Assembly (NCBI GenBank): GCA_963749915.1
Contig: CAVVOP010000020.1
Span: 32,001 to 96,000, forward strand
Reading direction: 5' to 3'
From: an uncultured cyanobacterium
GTDB taxonomy: Bacteria; Cyanobacteriota; Cyanobacteriia; Cyanobacteriales; Cyanobacteriaceae
DNA length: 64,000 bases
Below, piece after piece: positions 50,717-63,410 of this stretch; positions within the stretch are counted from its first letter, which is position 1; each line of letters begins with the position of its first letter. Under the pieces are notes generated by a model. The model was not told the origin of the DNA. It searched no databases and saw only the letters and a list, made by a program, of their open reading frames with translations. Made by a program: the position numbers and the translations under genes.

Positions 50717-51784
50717 ATGGTATCCACATTTAATGGAATTGATCAAAGAATGCCCTTAACGCCTATTTTCAATCCGGAAGGAGACGATCGCATTGAGAAT
50801 CGAACTATCTGGTTTGGCAATACCACGAACTTAATGCAACTCAACGATGTAAGGTATTCATGGGCGATCGGGTTATATCAACAAATGAGAGAAAATTTTT
50901 GGATTCCCCAAAAGTTAGATATAACACAAGATGTTACGGATTATTGGAATTTAACCACCGATGAACGTCGTGCTTTCGATGGAATTTTGTCGTATTTAAC
51001 GTTTTTAGATTCTGTTCAAACTTGCAATATTCCTCACTTAAAAAGTACCATTACAGCTCCAGAAATTAGCCTCTGTATGGCGGAACAAATATCTCAGGAA
51101 GGAATGCACAATCACGCTTATCAATATATGATTGAGACGATTATTCCTAGTGATAAGAGAGATCAAGTTTATGATTTTTGGCGCACTGATAAAGTGTTAT
51201 CTGCCAGATGTGAATTTATCGCTGGTTTTTATCAAAAATACATTGATAATCCCACCAAAGAAAATTATTTTATTGCTCTTTTAAGTGATTATTTATTAGA
51301 GGGTTTATATTTTTATAATGGGTTTATTTATTTTTACAATTTAGCCGCAAGAATGTTAATGCCCGGATCTGCAGATATATTTAAAATGATTAATCGTGAT
51401 GAATTAAGTCATGTGAGATTGTATCAAAAATTAATCCCCGAAGCGATGGAGACTTTTAACTATTCCCTAGATCAAATTTATGAAATGTTTAACACAGCCG
51501 TAGAGCATGAATGTCGTTGGACTAATCATATTGTGGGGAATAATATCTTGGGTATTACTGAATCAAGCACTGCTCGTTATACCAAATACCTTGCCAACAC
51601 CCGTTTACGGGCGATCGGGCTTGAACCTCTTTACACTGATCCCCAGTATAGCAAAAGTCCTTACACCCATTTAGAAAAATTCTCGGATACTAAAAAAGAA
51701 GGTAATACTAAAGCGAATTTCTTTGAAGCTAGTGTAACCAGTTATATGATGTCTTCTGGCGTTTCCGGTTGGGATGAAATATGA
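50717..51784 (+). CDS. nrdB: Class I ribonucleotide reductase beta subunit
   Basis: FLDSVQ, QEGMHNHAY, LEGLYFY and RDELSH dimetal ligands and radical Tyr, plus NFFE. Confidence 0.9.
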   Translation: MVSTFNGIDQRMPLTPIFNPEGDDRIENRTIWFGNTTNLMQLNDVRYSWAIGLYQQMRENFWIPQKLDITQDVTDYWNLTTDERRAFDGILSYLTFLDSVQTCNIPHLKSTITAPEISLCMAEQISQEGMHNHAYQYMIETIIPSDKRDQVYDFWRTDKVLSARCEFIAGFYQKYIDNPTKENYFIALLSDYLLEGLYFYNGFIYFYNLAARMLMPGSADIFKMINRDELSHVRLYQKLIPEAMETFNYSLDQIYEMFNTAVEHECRWTNHIVGNNILGITESSTARYTKYLANTRLRAIGLEPLYTDPQYSKSPYTHLEKFSDTKKEGNTKANFFEASVTSYMMSSGVSGWDEI

Positions 51785-51833
51785 TATTAATTATATCCCA
51801 CTTTCCGCAGTTTAAAACAAAAGAAAACAAAAA

Positions 51834-52970
51834 CTAGATGGTAACGGGGGATTCTACATAAACTGTCGGTTCTTGCAGAATAAAATTAATGCCGTAGTCC
51901 TTTAATTTTTTCGAGATATTCTCGTTGGCTAACTCTAATAAACGTTTGCGCACAGCGACCGAATCTTCATTAGAACCAAGGATAAAAAATGTGACTCTAC
52001 CCCGAGTCGCCTTGGTATCTTCTAGAGGATATAAAGCAATTTTAGTACTACCAGGATCGATGCCAAATAGAACATTAGTACTTTCTTTAACTACTTGTTC
52101 AACTAAAGCTTTTTCCTTATCTTCTAAATAGCGCTCGAAGTCAAGGTAAAGTAAAACCATGATTTTCTTACCTCGACTAATATTCTCAATATCCTTGCTC
52201 GCCATAATCGAGTTGGGAACAATTAAAAGTGTACTTTTAGCGGCAATACGAAGCTTGGTTGAGCGCAAGCCAATGGATTCTACCCTAGCAAATACATCGT
52301 CCGCCTGAATATTAAAGTTTACCCGAATATATTCTCCGGGAATGTAAGGGCGATCTAAATATAACACCAGTGTCCCGATCAACTGTTCTAAGGTTTTTTG
52401 GGCGGCAAAGGCAATTGCTAAACCCCCTAACCCTACACTGGCCAATAAACCGACTAAATTAATTTGTAATCTTTGTGCTAGAGCTACTGCTGCAAAAAAA
52501 CCGATAATTAGATTTATCATCGTTTCCAGCACTAACAATAATTCGTCAACCTCTCTGCCTAATTTTTGAATTAAATCTATACCGTAACTGCGCACAACCT
52601 GACGAAACAAACAAGAAGCTAACCAGGCAATACTAGCAATTAAAGATAGGTCAATCCAAAACTTGAAAAAGTTATATAAACCTTGATAATTTCTCAGAAA
52701 ATCCAAAGATACTGAAATCAGAATTAAAGTTCCCGTCGTTCTCAATAAACTTTCTAAAGGTTCAATAATTTTTTCATAAAAATTGCTTAAGCTAACTGCT
52801 GATATTTTAGTAATGATTATTTTTACTAATGTGGGAGTATATCTTCCCACCACTACAGATAAAAGTAGAAAAACAAAAAATATTCCTAATTGAATTAAAA
52901 ATTTAATCAACCAAGCTTGAGTTTCTTGATTAAATTCCCATAAGTTTAATAAATAGGAGATAATATCCAT
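51834..52970 (-). CDS. Mechanosensitive channel, MscS family
   Basis: GLGGLAIAFAAQKTLEQL and VESIGLRSTK motifs. Confidence 0.9.
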   Translation of the reverse strand: MDIISYLLNLWEFNQETQAWLIKFLIQLGIFFVFLLLSVVVGRYTPTLVKIIITKISAVSLSNFYEKIIEPLESLLRTTGTLILISVSLDFLRNYQGLYNFFKFWIDLSLIASIAWLASCLFRQVVRSYGIDLIQKLGREVDELLLVLETMINLIIGFFAAVALAQRLQINLVGLLASVGLGGLAIAFAAQKTLEQLIGTLVLYLDRPYIPGEYIRVNFNIQADDVFARVESIGLRSTKLRIAAKSTLLIVPNSIMASKDIENISRGKKIMVLLYLDFERYLEDKEKALVEQVVKESTNVLFGIDPGSTKIALYPLEDTKATRGRVTFFILGSNEDSVAVRKRLLELANENISKKLKDYGINFILQEPTVYVESPVTI

Positions 52971-52985
52971 ATATACATATCGGCT

Positions 52986-54089
52986 CTAAATTGTAATAGG
53001 TGATTTTACATTGACATTGCTTTCTTGTAAGTCAAAGGCGATCCCATATTCCTTCAGTTTTTGACTAATATTTTGTTGAGCAAGTCCTAAAAGTTGACGG
53101 CGCAATTCCATTGATACTTCTCCAGAACCGAGGATAAAAAAGTTTATCTGTCCTTGAGTAATATTGGTGCCATCTTCTTGCTCTATATCTTTAAAGATGA
53201 CATCTGTGCTTTGAGAATCTATTCCTAAAATATCTTTGGTACTATCTAAAATAATTTGTTTAATTAAGGCTCGTTCTTCTTGGGGTAAATAATCGTAAAA
53301 TGTCAGATAGATTAAAGAGATTATTTTCCTAGCACCAGTAAAATTTTCGATGTTCATTTGGGTTAAAGCATTGTTAGGAATAATCATTAATGTGCCTTTA
53401 CCTGAGGTGCGGATTTTTGTTGATCTTAAACCAATGGATTCTACTCGTCCAAAAGTGCGATCAGGAAGTCCAATATAGTCATCTTGAACAAAGGGACGAT
53501 CTATGTAAAGAACAATGCCACCCAATAATTGTTCTAAAGTTTTTTGAGCAGCAAAGGCAACGGCGAAGCCACCAATTCCTAAACTGGCTAAAAGTCCAAA
53601 TAAGTTAACCTCATGTACTTCCGCAAAAACAAAAATAACGCTGATAATAACAACTATATTAGCTACATATTTACCCACGATTAAAAATTCAGTATTAATT
53701 TTCCTTTGACTTTGTAAAAAAACGTCCAATAAGTAGGTGTCAAAGAAGCGTCTAAACCAGCCAAAAGCAAGCCAGATAGTTAACCAAACAATACTAAGAC
53801 TCAAGAAAATTTCCCCTACTCTCAGCCAGGGTGATTTGCTACTTATTAAAAGAGCAATATCAGCAAGACCGATAAACCACAACAAGGTTAACCAGTTAGC
53901 CTCTGGTTTAATTACTTGATCGTAAATATTTCTAACTTGGGGTGATAAAATATTTTGAGTCAAGAATTTCAGTAATTTTTGCAAGTAAAAGATCCCAATA
54001 ATTACGATTGATATAATGATAACTACTATTCCTATTTTTATAACTAAAGTAGTATTAAAGGTAATTTGGTCTAAGGAAAAATGTCTCAT
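52986..54089 (-). CDS. Mechanosensitive channel, MscS family
   Basis: GIGGFAVAFAAQKTLEQL and VESIGLRSTK motifs, tandem paralog. Confidence 0.9.
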   Translation of the reverse strand: MRHFSLDQITFNTTLVIKIGIVVIIISIVIIGIFYLQKLLKFLTQNILSPQVRNIYDQVIKPEANWLTLLWFIGLADIALLISSKSPWLRVGEIFLSLSIVWLTIWLAFGWFRRFFDTYLLDVFLQSQRKINTEFLIVGKYVANIVVIISVIFVFAEVHEVNLFGLLASLGIGGFAVAFAAQKTLEQLLGGIVLYIDRPFVQDDYIGLPDRTFGRVESIGLRSTKIRTSGKGTLMIIPNNALTQMNIENFTGARKIISLIYLTFYDYLPQEERALIKQIILDSTKDILGIDSQSTDVIFKDIEQEDGTNITQGQINFFILGSGEVSMELRRQLLGLAQQNISQKLKEYGIAFDLQESNVNVKSPITI

Positions 54090-54364
54090 AATCCTCTATT
54101 TAGTTTATCCATCAATTCTTCTAAAAAAGGCCCTAGATTGCCTATAATAATGGCTGTTTTTTGATATTTATGAGGTTAAATTATTCAATTAGCCATTCAA
54201 CTATATAATAAAACAAACTTGCCAATATTCAAGAAATGTGATCGCATTTTATAACAGGCCTAGCATTGGGCTCGTGATAAAAAATTGAACATCCATCGAG
54301 TTAAATATTCAATATATTTCGGTAAAAATACTCAATAATTTAATTATTACTTATCTTCTTTCCT

Positions 54365-55438
54365 ATGAGCAAACATCTTTTAGTTACAGGCGGTGCCGGA
54401 TTTATTGGTTCTAATTTTGTTAACTATTGGTACGAAAATCATCCTCAAGACAAAATTATCGTTTTAGATGTCCTCACCTATGCAGGGAATCGCCAAAATT
54501 TAATTAACCTCGAAAATAGTCCTAATTTTTTATTTGTTCAAGGTGATATTTGCGATGGCACATTAGTAGACAACTTATTAGAAGAAGAAAAAATCACTAC
54601 TATCGCCCATTTTGCGGCAGAATCCCATGTCGATCGCTCAATTTTAACCCCTTCGGCCTTTATTCAAACTAATGTTATCGGTACATTTACCTTATTGGAA
54701 AGTTTTCGCCACTATTGGCAAAAACAAAATCAACCCTCAGAATACCGTTTTCTCCACGTATCTACCGATGAAGTTTATGGTAGTTTAGGAGCCGATGATC
54801 CTGCGTTCACCGAAAACACACCCTATGCACCTAATAGTCCTTATTCTGCTTCCAAAGCCGGAAGTGATCACTTAGCAAGAGCTTATTATCACACCTATAA
54901 ATTACCCACAATTATCACCAACTGCTCGAATAATTACGGTGCTTATCATTTCCCTGAAAAACTGATTCCTTTGATGTGTATTAACATCTTATTGGGTAAA
55001 CCCCTACCAGTATATGGTGATGGGCAAAATATCCGAGATTGGTTATATGTCAGAGATCATTGTAGTGCGTTGGATGTCGTTTTACGTGAAGGGAAAGAGG
55101 GGGAAACCTATAACATTGGCGGTAACAATGAGGTAAAAAATATTGATTTAGTGCAGTTAATTTGTCAAATTATGGATGAAATTTCGCCTAATTTGCCCGT
55201 TAAACCTTCAAGTCAGTTGATCACTTATGTAAAAGATCGGGCAGGACACGATCGCCGTTACGCCATCGACAGCAGTAAACTACAACAAGAATTGGGCTGG
55301 AAACCAGAAGCCACAGTGGAATCAGGCTTAAGAAAAACTTTACAATGGTATGTTGATAATCAACAATGGTGGCAACCCCTTTTATCAAAAGATTATCAAG
55401 AATATTATCAGCAAGTTTACGCAATTATTAATCAATAA
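54365..55438 (+). CDS. rfbB: dTDP-glucose 4,6-dehydratase
   Basis: GGAGFIG, AAESHVDRSI, STDEVYG, YSASKA and GHDRRYA motifs. Confidence 0.96.
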   Translation: MSKHLLVTGGAGFIGSNFVNYWYENHPQDKIIVLDVLTYAGNRQNLINLENSPNFLFVQGDICDGTLVDNLLEEEKITTIAHFAAESHVDRSILTPSAFIQTNVIGTFTLLESFRHYWQKQNQPSEYRFLHVSTDEVYGSLGADDPAFTENTPYAPNSPYSASKAGSDHLARAYYHTYKLPTIITNCSNNYGAYHFPEKLIPLMCINILLGKPLPVYGDGQNIRDWLYVRDHCSALDVVLREGKEGETYNIGGNNEVKNIDLVQLICQIMDEISPNLPVKPSSQLITYVKDRAGHDRRYAIDSSKLQQELGWKPEATVESGLRKTLQWYVDNQQWWQPLLSKDYQEYYQQVYAIINQ

Positions 55439-55451
55439 TTAAAGGAAGTGA

Positions 55452-55910
55452 TTAAAACTTTTTTTCATCGTGACTATAACGTATTAGAAAATAACTAACT
55501 GCCAGACAAATAATGGCAATTCCTAGAGCAATTAAATCAACCTTCTCATATTTACCAGGATCAAAAATGATAATTTTTCTGGCGACGGCAATTAAAGCAG
55601 TGGTTAAAACTAATTCTAATTGTACAAGATGTTTTCTCAGATAAACTGTTATATTTTCTAGTAATTCAAGGGCAATTAATATATTCAAAAAGAAGCCGAA
55701 AATTTCTATTAAAGTTTTATTAAAAAAGCCCGTTGGTTCTATAAACAAATCTCTAATTAAAACTAACATTAAATCGTATAAAGACACGAAAATAACAATT
55801 ATAAGGGCGGTGGAGAGAACTTTAGAAACAATATTCTCCGTGACATGAATTACTTTTAAAAAATTCCTATCTTTAAAAAAATCAATGAGCCAAGCCAAAA
55901 ATTTAGCCAT
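55452..55910 (-). CDS. Phosphate-starvation-inducible PsiE family membrane protein
   Basis: LIALELLENI and ALIAVARKIII motifs. Confidence 0.85.
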   Translation of the reverse strand: MAKFLAWLIDFFKDRNFLKVIHVTENIVSKVLSTALIIVIFVSLYDLMLVLIRDLFIEPTGFFNKTLIEIFGFFLNILIALELLENITVYLRKHLVQLELVLTTALIAVARKIIIFDPGKYEKVDLIALGIAIICLAVSYFLIRYSHDEKKF

Positions 55911-56226
55911 ATTTTATTTAATTGATAATTAATAATTGATAATTAAAAGTCCCCGGAATTGAAAATTTAGAGGCAATAAATATAAGCCCATCAACCCCCA
56001 CTAACTGATACTGTTGGCGAACTTAACATTTAACGGCAGATAGATAGGGCGGAGGCAGAAGCAAGGGATAAGTAAAAAGGAGAAAAGCTTAATCCTTCCT
56101 TATCTCACCCTCACCAAAATATTAAAAACCTAACCTTGCGAGTCTATACGCCCCAACTTTGGGTTAGCAAAAAGTCGATAAAAGTCTCAACAGCCAGCCT
56201 TATTTAGTTTGATAATCAATTAAAAT

Positions 56227-56829
56227 TTAAAAATGATCAAAAAATACGACTTCAGACATGTCCAATTGTCCGGCCCTACCTCTAGCTGATTGAGTAGCTT
56301 TACCGACAACAATCATAAACCCAAGCACATAATCGTCAGGTAAGTTGATAATTTCAGCTACTTTTTTACCGTCAAACCCAATCATTGGACAAGAATCATA
56401 ACCCATTGCCTTCGCCGCTAACATGATCGTTTGACCAGCAATACCAGCCGATCGCATCGCTTCATCTCGTTGTAATTGGGCATTGTTTTGGTAAAATCCA
56501 CCAATCATCGGTACAATCTGGTCTTGTACTTGCTCAGGGGCATTTTTCCAGTATCTTTGAGGTTCTTTTGCCCACGCATTCAAATCACCACAAACTAAAA
56601 TGACTATGGAAGCATCAGAAACCTGGGCTTGATTGAAGGAAGCCGCTTTTAACCGTTCCTTAACGGCTTTGTCTTTAACTACAACAAAACGCCAATTTTG
56701 CATATTGAAGGATGTGGGAGACAGCAAAGTATGTTCCATTAAAGTGTTAATTTCTGCCCCCGTCATCTCATGATTAGGGTCAAAATGTTTAATCGATCTT
56801 CTTTCTTTGATAGCATCTAAGGTATTCAT
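56227..56829 (-). CDS. drgA: Nitroreductase family protein (DrgA-like)
   Basis: RRSIKHFDP, PTSFNMQNWRF and AKAMGYDSCPMIGFD motifs, with GGAGG RBS before MNTLDAI. Confidence 0.85.
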   Translation of the reverse strand: MNTLDAIKERRSIKHFDPNHEMTGAEINTLMEHTLLSPTSFNMQNWRFVVVKDKAVKERLKAASFNQAQVSDASIVILVCGDLNAWAKEPQRYWKNAPEQVQDQIVPMIGGFYQNNAQLQRDEAMRSAGIAGQTIMLAAKAMGYDSCPMIGFDGKKVAEIINLPDDYVLGFMIVVGKATQSARGRAGQLDMSEVVFFDHF

Positions 56830-57168
56830 GGACAATCCTCCCATTAAAATTATTGTCATTTTACCTTTTTATGTCCATTTTGACTAAATTTAACCCCCCC
56901 CTGCTACCCCCATAAGGGGAGGCTTTTTACCATAAGGTTAAGGTTCTGGTGAAGGTGAGACAAGAGGATGGGGAAGGAAAGTGGACAAGGAAGAGAGAAA
57001 ATCACATATATTAGTTAGGATGTATTCAAAGCCAAAGATGATTTTGGATACTTCGGCTGTGTCCCCTTCGGCAACTCTCAGGGCAAGCAATACAAGTTTT
57101 GGAGAATTCTCCTATCCCTCATTTCCAAATTGGCAGACCACTAATTGTATCTCATTTAAACTGATATT

Positions 57169-57690
57169 TTAAGCTAAGACAAAATCAACGTTACTGGTAC
57201 CATCGGTTTCCCCCTCTCCAGACTTTAGTTTAGAACCATTAATTTCCACTGCGAAGGGGGTATTTCCCATGTGTAAACGATAATCGGTTACGGCATTGGT
57301 ATAACCGACACTGGCGATCATTTCTCTACCTCCATCAGTGTATAAAAATACCAACATTTGATCTTTAGATTTTTCTTGATCATAAGCCCAAATAACCATG
57401 TATTGTTGATCTTGGTATTCAAAGATTTTGGGAGGGCGATTCGGGGTATAACGTCCCACAGACCCAAAACTTTTATCTAAGAAGTCTTGTACCGAGCTAC
57501 TTTCTACCACTGCAAAGGCGACTTCTTCGGCATCAGTGACAATCGCTTCTTCTTCTGGCCGGGAAATTACGGGGGGAATAACGGCTTCTTCCTGTTGTTT
57601 GTCTTGGAAGTAATCCACTGCCTTTTTGATACCAATGCCGCCCACTGTAGCAATACCAGCACCGATGAGAATGTTACGCAATTTACTCAT
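57169..57690 (-). CDS. Hypothetical protein with N-terminal membrane anchor
   Basis: 173-aa ORF starting MSKLRNILIGAGIATVGGIG. Family not recognised. Confidence 0.7.
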   Translation of the reverse strand: MSKLRNILIGAGIATVGGIGIKKAVDYFQDKQQEEAVIPPVISRPEEEAIVTDAEEVAFAVVESSSVQDFLDKSFGSVGRYTPNRPPKIFEYQDQQYMVIWAYDQEKSKDQMLVFLYTDGGREMIASVGYTNAVTDYRLHMGNTPFAVEINGSKLKSGEGETDGTSNVDFVLA

Positions 57691-57846
57691 AATCTATATA
57701 AATTTACTTAGTCAAATCATTACCTATTATTAGTCGATTTTGCTCATTAAATGCTTAAATTTTTCTGTATTCTTACTTTACAGTTTACTGATAATTAATT
57801 TTATCATCGTTTATTCTTCTTGAAACTATCTATATTATGAACATAA

Positions 57847-57862
57847 TGTACTTATTGTTACA
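57847..57862 (+). promoter_or_regulatory. NtcA-binding site upstream of glnB
   Basis: TGTA-CTTATTGT-TACA is a perfect GTA-N8-TAC, about 85 nt upstream of glnB. Confidence 0.8.
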
Positions 57863-57921
57863 AAACATCTAAGGATAACAGTGTTAGAAAATAACAGGAA
57901 AATTGTATAAGCTATATATAA

Positions 57922-58284
<363 letters not shown>

Positions 58285-58316
58285 CTTTAATTAATTTCAA
58301 TGGCGACGGGGTGGTA

Positions 58317-58338
58317 GGGGCAGGATTATCTTGCCCTT
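58317..58338 (+). terminator. Hairpin downstream of glnB
   Basis: AGGGGCAGGAT-T-ATCTTGCCCTT. Confidence 0.45.
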
Positions 58339-58377
58339 ATTAATTGATCGAGTTATTGCCTATATGAAAGTTACCCG

Positions 58378-59025
58378 ATGAGAATTAGCAAAAAAAAGAA
58401 AGCCCTTGAAATTTTAACTATCCTTAAACAACTTTACCCTAAGGCTACCTGTAGCCTTAATTATGAAACCCCTTTACAACTTCTAATCGCTACAATTTTA
58501 TCTGCCCAATGTACAGATGAAAGGGTCAACAAGGTAACTCCCGCTTTATTCGCCAGATTTCCTGGTGTTAAAAGTTTTGCCAAGGCTGACAGAGAAGAAA
58601 TTGAGACATTAATTCACTCCACAGGTTTTTATCGTAACAAAGCCAAAAATATCCAAAATGCTTGTATAAAAATTGTTGATGATTTTAACGGTAATGTGCC
58701 GCAAACCATGGCAGAATTATTAACCTTAACGGGGGTTGCCCGAAAAACCGCTAATGTGGTTTTAGCCCATGCTTTTGGTATCATCGAAGGAGTAACGGTG
58801 GATACCCATGTAAAAAGGCTTAGTAACCGTCTGGGATTGACCAAAAAAGCGAATCCGCTGCAAATTGAGGAAGACTTGATGAAATTATTGCCAAAACCAG
58901 ACTGGGAAAATTTTTCTATCAGTATTATTTATCACGGCAGGGCGATATGTAACGCCCGTAAACCTTTCTGTCACGAATGTCAGTTAGCCCATTTATGCAC
59001 ATTTTTTCAAAAAGAACACAGATAA
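58378..59025 (+). CDS. nth: Endonuclease III
   Basis: LSAQCTD, GVARKTAN, VDTHV and the C-x6-C-x2-C-x5-C Fe-S motif. Confidence 0.96.
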   Translation: MRISKKKKALEILTILKQLYPKATCSLNYETPLQLLIATILSAQCTDERVNKVTPALFARFPGVKSFAKADREEIETLIHSTGFYRNKAKNIQNACIKIVDDFNGNVPQTMAELLTLTGVARKTANVVLAHAFGIIEGVTVDTHVKRLSNRLGLTKKANPLQIEEDLMKLLPKPDWENFSISIIYHGRAICNARKPFCHECQLAHLCTFFQKEHR

Positions 59026-59104
59026 AAGGGTTAGAACATCATGCTACCATGTAAGCTTAAACTTCAGGTTTTGAGGGTCAGGATATTAAAAAATATCAAC
59101 AGAA

Positions 59105-59122
59105 ATCGTAACAAATTTTAAC
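59105..59122 (-). promoter_or_regulatory. Possible RpaB HLR1-like element upstream of apcE
   Basis: The minus strand reads GTTAAAAT-TT-GTTACGAT, a degenerate (G/T)TTACA(T/A)2-N2 direct repeat. Confidence 0.4.
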
Positions 59123-59202
59123 AAACCAACTATGAAACCCCAAAAAGATTTAATCTATATGCAATGAATTGATAATGAAACTTGGTTTTAAAATAAAAAT
59201 AA

Positions 59203-61941
<2,739 letters not shown>

Positions 61942-61975
61942 TTTTTGCCCCTAATCTAAAATATGGGGTGAGAAA

Positions 61976-62170
61976 CAATACTGCGAGGGATTTGCCCGAA
62001 AAAGCTCTGGCGAGGGGAATGCGCGAATTTAGAATTTAGAATAACTTTTTCGGAAGATTATTCACGGAAAAATAATATTTCCGAACTCCGCCCGCTTGCG
62101 GCAGGAGCGAAGCGACCTCTCCGAACTCCCCAAGCCGACAATTATATTTTCCAAAACCCTCGCAGTATTG
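61976..62170. mobile_element. Complete MITE-like element (195 bp)
   Basis: Terminal IRs CAATACTGCGAGGG / CCCTCGCAGTATTG, internal AATTTAG and CCGAACT repeats, non-coding. Confidence 0.8.
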
Positions 62171-62435
62171 TTGCAGGAGGTATCGCACTTGCTTCCGTGA
62201 GGTTGTGCCCCTGCAATAGGGGAATAAAGTTGTATAATTCTGAGGTTTTGTACAAACAATGTAAACTACAGTATCTAAAAATCATGGAAATAAAGTTGTA
62301 TAATTTTTAAATCCCTTGTATCATCAGTCTTTAGAGACGGCAATAGTTTAGATTTTAATGGTCATCATTAATTGATTAGAAAATTTAGATATTAAACCTT
62401 ACACCATTGTAAGCTAACCATTGTTTTTTCTCTAA

Positions 62436-63218
62436 CCCACATTCCGCACGTCAAACTGTATAAATTCAGATTACGAGGTTAGAGGTTGAACAGTGATTGA
62501 CTTGGCATTGAAGAAATTATTAATGATGCCCTCGGTATTGACGAGAGGGAAATCGTGACAGCAGGTCAAATAGTCAAAGCAATTATTCTGAACGGATTAG
62601 GATTTATTTCTCGACCTCTTTATCTATTTCCACAGTTTTTTAAAGACAAAGCCACAGAACATTTAATCGGAAAGTGAATTAAATAATCACCAGAAAAAAT
62701 CGAAAAAGAAAGGAGAAAAATCAGGAAAAATTCACAAAATTATGGCGGTGATAGAATCAGATTTAATCAAAATAAATGAATTAGGAAAACTAACGGAACG
62801 TCCGACGTTAAGATGGATATTTCAAAGTTTTCAAGGAATTCATTTAGTAATAAATAGAGGAAAAGAACAGATAGTAAATCTAACAAATGAACGAAAACTA
62901 ATTTTAAGTTTTTTCCCAATTTCTTGTCATAATTATTATATTTTATCTGGATAACTTGATAACTTATTGGATTTAAGAGTCTAAATATTCTCAATTATAA
63001 TACCATAAATAAAGAATAGAAAACTGATAGATTTGCTCTGTTTATTTATTCTCATTAAAGGTGAAGTTATTGACAATGAGATTTTAATTTGAGCAAAGTT
63101 CGCGAGCACAAAACGCGAATAAAGAAGATATTGAGTATTATTACTTATATTTTGTCCAAAATAAGTTGCTTGGTTTTAATACTTTTATCATCTTACAAAG
63201 TGACGTGCGGAATGTGGG
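62436..63218 (+). mobile_element. Internally deleted IS1634-family element
   Basis: Perfect 18-bp IRs (CCCACATTCCGCACGTCA / TGACGTGCGGAATGTGGG). It holds an N-terminal fragment LGIEEIINDALGIDEREIVTAGQIVKAIILNGLGFISRPLYLFPQFF and a C-terminal fragment PTLRWIFQSFQGIH. Confidence 0.9.
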
Positions 63219-63410
63219 GTAGAATTATCAAGAGATTTTATAGTTAATCAAAATCTTACCTATGCTGATTCAGAAACATTAAGTTCTCCTCGTGATATGG
63301 TAAAAGAAATTCTGGAAAAATATCAAAGTGTGATTGAAAATACAACTAAAGATAATTTTGACTATTAACTCCCAATATTGTAAAATTTTATCTCTAATTC
63401 TCAGACTAAT

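Noticed and set aside
56981..57172. 63-aa ORF
   Set aside because: It spans REP-like repeat DNA (CTTCGGCTGTGTCCCCTTCGGCAACTCTCAGGGCAAG) and is probably non-coding.
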